Shown: positions 16,943 through 26,164, numbered from the stretch's first letter. The stretch: DNA of 64,000 nt from an uncultured Candidatus Saccharibacteria bacterium (GCA_937921475.1 CALFPG010000012.1:202648-266647); one strand, 5' to 3'. Made by a program: numbers and translations. Notes: generated by a model from the letters alone, not told the origin.

Positions 16943-17032
16943 GGAAGGGTGACCGAGTGGTTGAAGGTACCGGTCTTGAAAACCGGCGTGCGGTAAAACG
17001 TACCGAGGGTTCGAATCCCTCCCCTTCCGCCA
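16943..17032 (+). tRNA. tRNA-Ser (anticodon TGA), CCA encoded
   Basis: Hand fold: GGAAGGG acceptor, anticodon arm CCGGT-CTTGAAA-ACCGG, 18-nt variable arm, T arm GAGGG-TTCGAAT-CCCTC. Confidence 0.9.
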
Positions 17033-17042
17033 AAACAGAATG

Positions 17043-17069
17043 TTCGCCAAAATAAGGGCGAATATTTTT
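17043..17069 (+). terminator. intrinsic terminator after the tRNA-Ser pair
   Basis: Stem TTCGCC/GGCGAA, 8-nt loop, then TATTTTT. Confidence 0.55.
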
Positions 17070-17158
17070 ATGCAGCGAAATATACTTGACAAAAAACAAA
17101 GCTTATGCTAACATTATAACCAGTATTCTAAAAATAGATACAAAAAGAAAGAATAAAA

Positions 17159-17500
17159 ATGAATTTAGTACAACAGTTTTTCACCGTTACAACTATGTTT
17201 GTTAGTTTGAATGTAGCGTTTGGTGTGCTGCTGCACGACACCAACGTCGATAAAGCGTTTTTGTCATCTTGGAAAACATATAGCGTTCAAAGTGACGTTG
17301 AGGGTGAAATAAAAATGCCAGAAACAAAGCCCCATACTCATCCAGAACACACTCAATTGTCAAATGTGTTGAAAGAAGGTTCAGCGCGACCGCGAACTAC
17401 GCCTCGTAACAACGATAAGAAGCGATTACGCCAAAAATATGCCGCTCGTGGTCAACATACTTTTGACGGATATCACCTTGATTTTGAAGGTGTAAGCTAG
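17159..17500 (+). CDS. hypothetical small protein with N-terminal TM helix and basic C-terminus
   Basis: 113-aa ORF. A TTGACA-17-TAACAT promoter candidate lies at 17086-17114. No family recognised. Confidence 0.4.
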   Translation: MNLVQQFFTVTTMFVSLNVAFGVLLHDTNVDKAFLSSWKTYSVQSDVEGEIKMPETKPHTHPEHTQLSNVLKEGSARPRTTPRNNDKKRLRQKYAARGQHTFDGYHLDFEGVS

Positions 17501-17501
17501 G

Positions 17502-20057
17502 CTATTTTAAGCTAATTACTTCCAGTTCCGAAACAAGCCGAGTAATGATTTTTTCTTGCTCGGCTAATTGCTCGCGAGTTTCCTCGACGAGGTGGGCTGG
17601 CGCCTTTTCAACGTAAGTCGGATTTTCCAGGCGCTTCTTTAATCCCGCCAATTTCTGACGTGCTTCGGCTAGGCGCATTTCCAGATTTTCCTGGTGTTGG
17701 TACAGAGTTTCACTATCAATATCTAGCCACGCTTCCCTGTTTGCCGCCGCTAATCTCAGTCCACGCGGTTGATCTGTGTATTCAATTGCCTCAAGCCGCA
17801 TCAGATGCTTAATCGTGTCTTGATTGTCGGCGATAAGACTATCGTTGCCGTATAGTAATCGATATTTCTTATTCCCTGGCAGTTCAGCAATCACCCAGCG
17901 ACCTTCGGCAACCAAGAGTTTAAGTTGCTCGAATTGTTCGGCAGCAATCGGATCGAACTTTTCTGGAGTCGGCCAAGCTTCACGCATCAAAATGCCGTCG
18001 GTGTAATTAAGTGTTTGCCAAATTGTTTCCGTAACAAACGGCGCAAATGGATGAGCGATTTTCAAAGAAGTCGCCAAAACCCAAGATAATAATGGACGAT
18101 TGATCGCAGTTTTAGATGATTCAATGTACCAGTCAGCTACGTCGTCCCAAATGGTGTGATAAACAGCTTCTGATGCCTCTGAGAAGCGATATTGCTCTAA
18201 TCGAACGGCGATATTGTTGGCGGCATCGTTCAATTGGCGAATAATCCAGTGATCAGCCGGAGTTTGCGGCTCTAAGTCGACAATTTGGTGATTATCGCCA
18301 ATCTGAGCTTCGACAAATCGGGCAATATTCCATAGCTTATTGCAGAAGTTGCGAGCAGCGATAACAGAGCCGCGGTTGAAGGCCTGACTTTGAGCCGGCG
18401 CCCGTCCAGCGATAATTCCCATGCGTGTGGCGTCAGATCCAAATTCTGCGACCAACTCCATAGGATTGATAACGTTACCCTTAGACTTGGACATTTTTTG
18501 GTTGTGCTCGTCATTAACCATTCCGTGAAGATAAACTTCTTTGAATGGCAACTTCCCTGTTCGGTATAGGCTAAGCATGATCATTCGCGAAACCCATGCG
18601 CGCATAATATCCATGCCAGTTTCCATTATGTCGGTCGGGAAATAATTGGCTAAATCGCCGCCATCTAAGTAGTCTGTAACAATATATGGCCATTGGCCAG
18701 ATGAGAACCAAGTATCGAAGGTGTCTTCTTCCCTGATATATGTTGTGCCATTTACAACAATTCTCTGCTCGTTGGTGCGAGTGTCGAATATCCAATCCTT
18801 AGGGTCGTTTTCATTTACAAACGCAGGAATTGGTATTCCCCATGGAATCTGTCGCGAAATATTCCAGTCTTTCAATTGCTCAAGATATGCGATGAGTTCT
18901 TTGCGCTTGGATGCTGGATAAAAAGTAATTTCTTCTTTTTTAAGCGCGTCAATTGCTGGCTGTGCGAGTGATTGTGTTTTAATAAACCACTGCTCTTTAA
19001 TCATTGGCTCAATTACGCTGCCACACTTATAGCAATGTCCAACGGCGTGTTCAATTTCAGTTTCACCGCGACGTAGCTCCAATGCCTCCAACGCCTCCAA
19101 AACTCGAGCACGAGCTTCTACTGGCGTTAATCCTAAGAACTGCGCTGGCACGTTTATCATCTTCCCTTCTGGACTGATGATTGACTCTATAGGCAAATCA
19201 TGGCGTTTTGCAATTTCAAAGTCGTTCGGGTCGTGTGCTGGCGTAATCTTAACCGCACCGGTGCCGTAACTCATGTCGACATATTCGTCCGCGATGATAG
19301 GAATTTCCTTATCGACAATCGGCAGTAAAATGCGAGTTCCAATCAATTTTTTATATCGCTCATCGTCTGGATGAACCGCAACAGCAACATCGCCAAGCAT
19401 AGTTTCTGGGCGCGTAGTAGCAATGATAATCTCGCCAATTTTATCTAATGTCGGGTAAGCTATTTTCCACAACTTCCCTTTCTCATTCTTATGTTCTACC
19501 TCGATGTCAGCAAAGCTGGTTTGGTGTTTGGTGCAATAATTAACAATCCTCTCACCTCTGTAAACCAAATTGTCATCCCACATTTTCTTAAATGTGTCGT
19601 ATACGGTGTTGATGACTTTGTCATCCAGAGTGAATGTCAAATGCTTCCATGACGCACTAACACCTAGCGCGCGCAATTGCAGCTCCATATTGCCGCGTTT
19701 TTCTTGTACAAAATTCCAAACTTGACTATACAATTGGTCACGTGAAAAATCGAAGCGACTCTTCCCTTGATTAGTTAATTCCCTTTCATACACAACCCAA
19801 GTTTCAAATCCAGCGTGGTCGGCGCCTGGAATAAATACGGCGTCGTCGCCTTTCATTCGGTGATAGCGAATCAAAATATCCTTCAGATTCATATCGAGTG
19901 CGTGCCCAATGTGAAGATTACCGTTAGCGTTAGGTGGCGGCATAATGATTGAATACGGCTTGCCTACCCCTGTTGGTTCTAAAGCCTCACTAGTTTCCCA
20001 GAGGGCATAAATATTTGGTTCGTAATCGTTTGGTATGTATTGTTTAGCTAGCTGCAT
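17502..20057 (-). CDS. valS: valine--tRNA ligase
   Basis: 851 aa with class I signatures PPPNANGNLHIGHAL and KMSKSKGN, plus a C-terminal coiled coil. Confidence 0.95.
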   Translation of the reverse strand: MQLAKQYIPNDYEPNIYALWETSEALEPTGVGKPYSIIMPPPNANGNLHIGHALDMNLKDILIRYHRMKGDDAVFIPGADHAGFETWVVYERELTNQGKSRFDFSRDQLYSQVWNFVQEKRGNMELQLRALGVSASWKHLTFTLDDKVINTVYDTFKKMWDDNLVYRGERIVNYCTKHQTSFADIEVEHKNEKGKLWKIAYPTLDKIGEIIIATTRPETMLGDVAVAVHPDDERYKKLIGTRILLPIVDKEIPIIADEYVDMSYGTGAVKITPAHDPNDFEIAKRHDLPIESIISPEGKMINVPAQFLGLTPVEARARVLEALEALELRRGETEIEHAVGHCYKCGSVIEPMIKEQWFIKTQSLAQPAIDALKKEEITFYPASKRKELIAYLEQLKDWNISRQIPWGIPIPAFVNENDPKDWIFDTRTNEQRIVVNGTTYIREEDTFDTWFSSGQWPYIVTDYLDGGDLANYFPTDIMETGMDIMRAWVSRMIMLSLYRTGKLPFKEVYLHGMVNDEHNQKMSKSKGNVINPMELVAEFGSDATRMGIIAGRAPAQSQAFNRGSVIAARNFCNKLWNIARFVEAQIGDNHQIVDLEPQTPADHWIIRQLNDAANNIAVRLEQYRFSEASEAVYHTIWDDVADWYIESSKTAINRPLLSWVLATSLKIAHPFAPFVTETIWQTLNYTDGILMREAWPTPEKFDPIAAEQFEQLKLLVAEGRWVIAELPGNKKYRLLYGNDSLIADNQDTIKHLMRLEAIEYTDQPRGLRLAAANREAWLDIDSETLYQHQENLEMRLAEARQKLAGLKKRLENPTYVEKAPAHLVEETREQLAEQEKIITRLVSELEVISLK

Positions 20058-20218
20058 AAGTTATTCCATGGTTTTTTCATGTGAAAAAAGACAAAAGAAA
20101 ACAAAGTAGCTTTTCACGTGCAAAAGCCCTTATTCATGTAATCCTCTAATTTCTCCACATGTTTATATTACATCTTAATTATACCACAAATTTATGCGGC
20201 GGGATGGGTGAAATACGG

Positions 20219-21145
20219 TTATTTTCTGATCGTTTGATATGCTCGATATAGCCAATATTGAAGTGGCTTTAAGGGAAGTTCCCAAGTTGACCCAGAATGG
20301 ATATCTTCGCCGCCGAACGATCGCTTGAACTTCGTAAAGCCAGCCCATGGGTGATTTTTTGGTGCGTTTTCAGGCGCAATTCCGTATAAATCGACTTTCT
20401 CCATTTGACGATGTTTTGCATCGATTATCGCTTCGGTGAGCAGAGCAGTTCCAGCGTTAAGCTTGCGATATTCTGGTGTAGAATCTGCTGCTGCATGTGC
20501 GTAAATTCGAGTTGTTTTTGAGTCGAAAAATAGGGCAGTAGCAATTACTTTATTATTGTATGTCGCATACCAAAAAGAAGCGTCTTTTGATGGTAGCAGG
20601 GAACCAGCTTGCTTATGAAAATATGAATCTGGGTGCGGCGACATGCCAGTTCGCTTGGCAACTTCGTGTATCAATTCTAGGAAATATTTAATATCGTCTG
20701 GGTTTTGAGATTGATGAATCGTTACACCTTTTTTGTGATAATTCCTATAACAATTCCTTACAGGTTGCGCCATGCTTGCTATAATCTCTTCCTCTGGTTG
20801 CTGAAGATTGATAACGTGCGTATGTTCTGGCTGCAAATGTACGTAAGTGGCTTTCTTCCAATGCTCATCAGATAATACCTTAGAAAAGGTGGGTTTAATT
20901 GGTCCGACTCTAAGGAAAGTTACGCCTAGTTTTTTGCCGAGCTCTACTAAGTCCTTTAATGCTAATCGTAATGCTTCTTCGTTAATAGCGGTTGGACCAA
21001 AAGGGCAATATAAGCGAGAATTGCCCGTGCCGTGCTCTAATATTGCAAAATATTCCCATCCTTCACCTCTGTTGTGAAAGACTTTTCGACCGAGCGATTG
21101 TTGGAATTTTTCCCAGGCTGCTGATTGTAGAAAATGTTGATTCAT
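20219..21145 (-). CDS. FemAB-family peptidoglycan interpeptide-bridge aminoacyltransferase-like protein
   Basis: The start FLQSAAWEKFQQSLGRKVF and the size (308 aa) match my memory of lipid II:aminoacyl transferases. GAGGA SD. Downstream of tsaD. Confidence 0.65.
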   Translation of the reverse strand: MNQHFLQSAAWEKFQQSLGRKVFHNRGEGWEYFAILEHGTGNSRLYCPFGPTAINEEALRLALKDLVELGKKLGVTFLRVGPIKPTFSKVLSDEHWKKATYVHLQPEHTHVINLQQPEEEIIASMAQPVRNCYRNYHKKGVTIHQSQNPDDIKYFLELIHEVAKRTGMSPHPDSYFHKQAGSLLPSKDASFWYATYNNKVIATALFFDSKTTRIYAHAAADSTPEYRKLNAGTALLTEAIIDAKHRQMEKVDLYGIAPENAPKNHPWAGFTKFKRSFGGEDIHSGSTWELPLKPLQYWLYRAYQTIRK

Positions 21146-21163
21146 GTTGTAATCCTCACAACG

Positions 21164-22234
21164 TTATATTGCTGTCATTGATAAACTTGGCTGAACTTCC
21201 AGATCGTATGGATCTGTAGGTTCGTCAATTTGAGACCTGAAATAACCGAGAGTAGCAATCATCGCGGCGTTATCTGTACAGAGTTGGATAGGGGCGTATT
21301 CGATGTCAATTGGCAAAGCTTCACGTAATTGACGGCGCAACTCTTGGTTAGCTGCAACTCCGCCAGCGATTACAACGGAGGCTGGCTGGAAATTGTCAAA
21401 CGCCTTTTTGGTTTTATTTACGAGAGTTTTTATGGCTGTATACTGGAAACTCGCTGCCATATTACGTCGTAATTCGTCATCTACGAGCACTGGAAGCTCA
21501 TGAGAGGGAAAAGTGAAGTCCTTACCGACTTCGTGCTGAACAGCTCTCAAAACGGCCGTCTTAAGCCCAGAGAAGGAAAAATCGTATTCACCGGATAGTT
21601 TGGCGATAGGTAAGTGAAACGCGTGTGGATCGCCAAGCTCAGCGACTTTAGCAATGGCTGGGCCGCCAGGATATGGCAAACCGATGATTTTAGCGACTTT
21701 ATCAAACGCTTCGCCAACCGCGTCGTCTTGGGTTTGTCCGATAAGTTGATAATCACCGTGATTTTTGAATAGGACAAGTTGTGAGTGTCCGCCTGAAACG
21801 ATTAACGAAAGCATAGGGAATGACGGCTGCTGTTTCGGCAATGTTAGAGATAAATTGTCGGCTTGCTTGTTGATAAAATTGGCGTACACGTGAGCTTCTA
21901 CGTGATGAATCTTAAAGAGCGGCTTATTGTGAATAATAGCGAGAGTTCTGGCGGCGAGAGTGCCGATTAATAGCGAGCCAATAAGCCCCGGCGCGTAAGT
22001 AACAGCGATGGCGTCAATATCATCCCAAGTGCAATTTGCGTCAGACAAAGCTTTTTTAATGACGGGATTTACAACTTCCAAGTGGCTGCGAGCGGCAATT
22101 TCTGGAATAACTCCGCCGTATTCTGCGTGAATATCAATTTGTGAATTGACGACATTTGAAAGCAAGCGTTCGCCATCTTCAACTATTGACGCCGCTGTTT
22201 CGTCGCAACTGGATTCGATTCCCAAAATCCTCAT
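21164..22234 (-). CDS. tsaD: tRNA N6-adenosine threonylcarbamoyltransferase TsaD
   Basis: MRILGIESSCDETAASIV..., plus HHVEAHV and SGGHS motifs. Confidence 0.92.
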   Translation of the reverse strand: MRILGIESSCDETAASIVEDGERLLSNVVNSQIDIHAEYGGVIPEIAARSHLEVVNPVIKKALSDANCTWDDIDAIAVTYAPGLIGSLLIGTLAARTLAIIHNKPLFKIHHVEAHVYANFINKQADNLSLTLPKQQPSFPMLSLIVSGGHSQLVLFKNHGDYQLIGQTQDDAVGEAFDKVAKIIGLPYPGGPAIAKVAELGDPHAFHLPIAKLSGEYDFSFSGLKTAVLRAVQHEVGKDFTFPSHELPVLVDDELRRNMAASFQYTAIKTLVNKTKKAFDNFQPASVVIAGGVAANQELRRQLREALPIDIEYAPIQLCTDNAAMIATLGYFRSQIDEPTDPYDLEVQPSLSMTAI

Positions 22235-22242
22235 TTGTTTTT

Positions 22243-22259
22243 ATTATAGCAAATATAAG
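22243..22259. promoter_or_regulatory. back-to-back -10 elements in the 32-bp tsaD/murE divergent spacer
   Basis: The reverse strand has TGcTATAAT (22251-22243) 8 nt before tsaD ATG 22234. The forward strand has TATAAG (22254-22259) 7 nt before murE ATG 22267. Neither gene has an SD. Confidence 0.45.
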
Positions 22260-22266
22260 TGGTAAA

Positions 22267-23592
22267 ATGGGTATTATGAAAAACGAGTTGGTAAAAATTG
22301 CTAGAAAAACGCTACCTCAAGGAGCTTTGGAAAAAACCGAAAACGCCTATAGAGTTGCGCGCACGAAGATGATTAGCCTAAGATATGGCAATCCAGCTCG
22401 TGGCTTGAGAATTATTGCAGTAACAGGGACGAACGGGAAAACTACGACCGCTTGTTATATCAATGAGATCTTGAAAGAGGCTGGCTTTAAGACTGCATTA
22501 TTTACGACGGCGGTGATTGAAATTGCTGGCAAGGAAAAGATAAATGATTTGAATGCGACGGTTCCGACTGTGGCGAGACTGTTTAGCTTTTTTCAGACAG
22601 CTCAGCGTGAAGGCGTGGAATATGTGATTTTAGAGGCGACAAGTCACGCTCTGTCGCAGCATAAATTTGACGGTGTGCCAATTGAGGCAGCGGTGATGAC
22701 TAATTTGACTCAAGACCATTTGGATTATCACAAAACGATGGAAGCTTACGCGGCAGCTAAGGCTAAATTATTTGAGAAAAAGCCGAAATATATCGTGCTG
22801 AATCGTGATGACGAGTGGTTTGAATATTTTGATAAGTTTACAGCTTCTGGCGAGAAAATGACTTACGGAACGAATCCGGAAGCTGAAGCTCACTTGACGC
22901 ACGTTAAGTTGTATAAAAAGGGAACAGAGGTGAGTTTACTGATTGATCATCAAACTCATTTGGAGTTGGCGACTAATTTGCCTGGCGAATTTAACGTGAT
23001 GAATATGTCGGCTGCGGTGTCGTTGGCGTATTTGCTGGGAATAAAGTTGGAAGATATCCAAGAGGGCGTGGCGAACTTGGAGGCGATTCCTGGACGATTC
23101 GAGCGAGTAGAAAATAAGCTTGGAATTGATATTATTGTGGATTATGCCCACACACCAGACGCGTTGGAAAAATTGCTAAAAACCACTCATAAAATTACCA
23201 AGGGGCGATTAACTTTGGTGTTTGGTGCGTGCGGCGATAGAGATAAGACAAAGCGTCCGATTATGGGCGAACTGGCAGCTAATTTGGCGGATAGGATTTT
23301 CCTAACTGACGAGGAGAGCTACAATGAAGATCCAGATGAAATTCGGGCAATGATTTGTCAGGGAATTGAGCGAACGAAAAAGGCTCATAAAATGACGGAA
23401 ATTGCTGATCGAAAACAGGCGATTTATCAAGCTCTGAAGTCGGCTGTTCGTGGCGATACGATTCTGATTACGGGTATGGGTCATGAGCAGTACCGAATTG
23501 TGAATGGCAAGCGAATTCCGTGGAATGACAAGAAGGTCGTTCAGGAAATTATTTCTGAGATTGAGAAAAAGAGTCGTAAAATTTCGCTTTAA
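22267..23592 (+). CDS. murE: UDP-N-acetylmuramoyl-L-alanyl-D-glutamate--(diamino acid) ligase MurE
   Basis: AVTGTNGKTTT P-loop and DYAHTPDALEKLL. I trimmed the ORF-track start at 22156 because it overlaps tsaD. Confidence 0.85.
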   Translation: MGIMKNELVKIARKTLPQGALEKTENAYRVARTKMISLRYGNPARGLRIIAVTGTNGKTTTACYINEILKEAGFKTALFTTAVIEIAGKEKINDLNATVPTVARLFSFFQTAQREGVEYVILEATSHALSQHKFDGVPIEAAVMTNLTQDHLDYHKTMEAYAAAKAKLFEKKPKYIVLNRDDEWFEYFDKFTASGEKMTYGTNPEAEAHLTHVKLYKKGTEVSLLIDHQTHLELATNLPGEFNVMNMSAAVSLAYLLGIKLEDIQEGVANLEAIPGRFERVENKLGIDIIVDYAHTPDALEKLLKTTHKITKGRLTLVFGACGDRDKTKRPIMGELAANLADRIFLTDEESYNEDPDEIRAMICQGIERTKKAHKMTEIADRKQAIYQALKSAVRGDTILITGMGHEQYRIVNGKRIPWNDKKVVQEIISEIEKKSRKISL

Positions 23593-24838
23593 TCTGTTTC
23601 CAGCTTTGTGATTGACGAACTAATTTTTCTGCATCGCTTGCGTCGAGTAGTAATTCTTTCACGGCGTCTTCAAGGTAAATGCCGCCCTGCGAGCCTTTGA
23701 ATAGAATTGTCGTATCTTTAATATCGCTATTTTTCAGGAACTCTCTAGCTTCAAGCGCCGTGTCAAAAGAAATTACTTTACAGCCATTTTTTTCAGCAAT
23801 TGGTACGAGGTATTTTTTTGACATTTTGCCAACAGTAATAAGCAGCTCTAACTGGCTAGGGTTGCAAATTTCACCGATTTTTTTATGCTCTGATTCGGAT
23901 GTTTCGCCCAGCTCATTCATGTCGCCCAATACGGCAATTTTATGATCGGCAGAGATAGAATAGAGCGTTCTTAGCGAATTTTCCATGGCAATAGGACTGG
24001 CGTTGTAGGTGTCGTCCAGCAATGTACAGCCGCGTATGCCGCGTAAAATATTCATTCTTCCTGAAACTGGTTTGATTTTTGTTAAAGCCGCCGCAACTTC
24101 TTCGATATTCATTCCGCAAGCTAATCCCGCCGCCGCCGCGCCAGTGATTGAGCGGATGTTGTGCTTTCCTAATACAGAAATATTAATGTCCTGAGAAGTT
24201 TCTTCGGAGTGTTTTAGATTGACTATACAACCAGTATCTGTAGTCTTTTTAATTTCCAGGAAAACATCAGCGGATTCGTCACCGTAACTTACGCGATTTC
24301 CAACTATGAGATTATGATATTTTTCATCGATATCGTGAAGGTTGAAGATGGTTTTTTTAGCGACTTGACTAATGGACAATTCCTCATGAGCTACCGTATC
24401 CATATTTTTGAAAAACTCCATATGCTCAGGAGCAACAGAGGTAATTATGGCAATGTCGGGCTGAATGTAGCGCATAAAAGTAGCCATTTCGCCAGGGCAA
24501 TCAATACCACATTCTTGAATTATTATATCTGGAGATTCGGGGTTTTTTATGCTGGCGTGTGCGTCGGAGAAGATTTTTAGCCAGGCTAGGGGGGATTTGG
24601 CGTTTTTTGGTCCGTCTACGCCTAAGATTTCTAACGGTGCACTTAAGGTTGTGTTCAAATTGCCACGACTATGGCGCACGGTGAATTTTTCTGATAGAAC
24701 AGTGGCGGTTGCTGATTTTACGCTAGTTTTACCAACGCTGCCGACTACGGCAATTAGTTTGGTGTCAGGATGAGATTTAAGATATTTTTTTACGTAAGAG
24801 CCGAGAAATGTTTCTAAGAGATGTTTGAATAATTGCAT
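23549..24838 (-). CDS. murF: UDP-N-acetylmuramoyl-tripeptide--D-alanyl-D-alanine ligase MurF
   Basis: VVGSVGKTSVK P-loop and DDTYNASP motif. The 3' end overlaps the murE 3' end by 44 nt. Confidence 0.85.
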   Translation of the reverse strand: MQLFKHLLETFLGSYVKKYLKSHPDTKLIAVVGSVGKTSVKSATATVLSEKFTVRHSRGNLNTTLSAPLEILGVDGPKNAKSPLAWLKIFSDAHASIKNPESPDIIIQECGIDCPGEMATFMRYIQPDIAIITSVAPEHMEFFKNMDTVAHEELSISQVAKKTIFNLHDIDEKYHNLIVGNRVSYGDESADVFLEIKKTTDTGCIVNLKHSEETSQDINISVLGKHNIRSITGAAAAGLACGMNIEEVAAALTKIKPVSGRMNILRGIRGCTLLDDTYNASPIAMENSLRTLYSISADHKIAVLGDMNELGETSESEHKKIGEICNPSQLELLITVGKMSKKYLVPIAEKNGCKVISFDTALEAREFLKNSDIKDTTILFKGSQGGIYLEDAVKELLLDASDAEKLVRQSQSWKQIKAKFYDSFSQSQK

Positions 24839-24921
24839 GGAGTTATTATAACAGATTGAGGAATAGTAGGGAGAAGGGCGTGGGGTTGCTTTTTTAATGA
24901 TTTTATGGTATTATAGCAGTT

Positions 24922-25806
24922 ATGAATACAAGCAGATCCAATAGAGAGCGAATGAGATTGAGTGAGACTGCTGCTGAGGTCATGAGATCTTCTGAGTATA
25001 TGGAAGTACAAGATCATATACGCTCAAAGATACGCCAAAAGTTAGGCGAGACGGCATTAGAAATGGTATGGGCAAAGCGGTTTGCTGTGTCTGAAGCTAT
25101 AGATATTCAGCGTAGTAAACAAGAAAGTCGATATGAAACAGACGAAGACAGAACTCGGAAATTCCTACAAATTATGCCGCATTGGCTTAATGCTCAGTAT
25201 AAGCTTGATAAGCATAATAGTGATATGTCTCGCGAAGAGATAAAAAAGTGTAAAGAAACAGTTACGACATTCAATAAAATCATACGTACTATGATAGATG
25301 AAGAGCAGTGTAGTAGTATGAAGGAAACTATGGATTCCATCAATGAGGTTATGTTAATGCTTAATTATACTCGCTCGGAGATTGAGTACGCTAGACAGTC
25401 GTTTTATGCTGTGATTCAGGGAATGCGCCATGAAATTGCTGCTGAAAGTGCCTTAAACTGGACTCCGGGAGTTGAACTTGCTGAAATGACTAATATTGAA
25501 GATGATCTTAATGGAGGAGATATTCATATTATCTATGTTGATGATCAAGGCGAAAGGTTTGAATTTAACATTGATATAAAAGCGACTAAAATTTCTGCTT
25601 ATAAGGCAAAAGAAAGGAATCGTAGACCGGGTTATTATGTAGTCTGTTCGGGATTTAGTGATGATGATTTTTGTGGTAGAGTGCTTCCTGAAGACAGAAC
25701 TATCAAGAGTAAATGTCCGTACTTCTCACAACAAATTAAGGAAATAGTTGCCATTGAAAGGCAAAGGCGTAGCAAAGCTCAAAGAACGCCGAGAAGGGCA
25801 GTCTAA
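24922..25806 (+). CDS. hypothetical protein, helical N-terminal half and possible PD-(D/E)xK nuclease-like C-terminal half
   Basis: 294 aa in a low-GC segment. HEIAAE ... GGDIHIIY ... FNIDIKATK fits an E / D / (D/E)xK arrangement, but this is a weak motif-level call. TGgTATTAT lies 7 nt before the ATG. Confidence 0.55.
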   Translation: MNTSRSNRERMRLSETAAEVMRSSEYMEVQDHIRSKIRQKLGETALEMVWAKRFAVSEAIDIQRSKQESRYETDEDRTRKFLQIMPHWLNAQYKLDKHNSDMSREEIKKCKETVTTFNKIIRTMIDEEQCSSMKETMDSINEVMLMLNYTRSEIEYARQSFYAVIQGMRHEIAAESALNWTPGVELAEMTNIEDDLNGGDIHIIYVDDQGERFEFNIDIKATKISAYKAKERNRRPGYYVVCSGFSDDDFCGRVLPEDRTIKSKCPYFSQQIKEIVAIERQRRSKAQRTPRRAV

Positions 25807-25813
25807 GTAGAGT

Positions 25814-26143
25814 ATGGAAGCTTATAAAGTTATTGACCCAGACACTCTTCCGAAGCTTGATGCTAAATTGCGTGCTAAGCCGTTTGGCTCAGGATTTCCA
25901 ATGACAATTGAGGAGAATTTTAAGGGTAATGATATTGCAAAAAGAAGAGGTTTTGTTCCTAGCAGAAAGGAAGTTATCTTTTCACCTACTTCTATTGATG
26001 TTGGGAAGAGCAGTGAAAATACCAGAATTATTATGATAATGGGGGAAGTTGCTATTAAGAATGATGTTTTTACGGGAAGAATCTATGCATCGGAAGAAGG
26101 TGATGATGGTGATGATAATTTCCCTGAGCTACTAATCGTATAA
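25814..26143 (+). CDS. hypothetical small acidic protein, co-oriented partner of 24922..25806
   Basis: 109-aa ORF 7 nt after the previous stop, with the same low GC. No family recognised. Confidence 0.45.
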   Translation: MEAYKVIDPDTLPKLDAKLRAKPFGSGFPMTIEENFKGNDIAKRRGFVPSRKEVIFSPTSIDVGKSSENTRIIMIMGEVAIKNDVFTGRIYASEEGDDGDDNFPELLIV

Positions 26144-26164
26144 TACTGAATAGTATCTAGATAA

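Noticed and set aside
16818-17099. Two minus-strand ORFs (93 and 74 aa) covering the tRNA-Ser pair. Also the N-terminal extensions of ORFs 14791..15333, 15361..15627 and 31066..31968.
   Set aside because: They run through well-folded tRNA genes. The downstream internal Met starts give proteins with canonical N-termini.
20058-20218. Possible T-box or other leader upstream of valS, and likewise upstream of argS. AT-rich palindromes ttttttcatgtgaaaaaa and gcttttcacgtgcaaaagc.
   Set aside because: The spacer (161 nt) is too short for a T-box, and I see no specifier or T-box consensus. argS has a -10 box 7 nt from its ATG. The palindromes are weak A/T stems, at best a poor terminator for the femAB-like gene.
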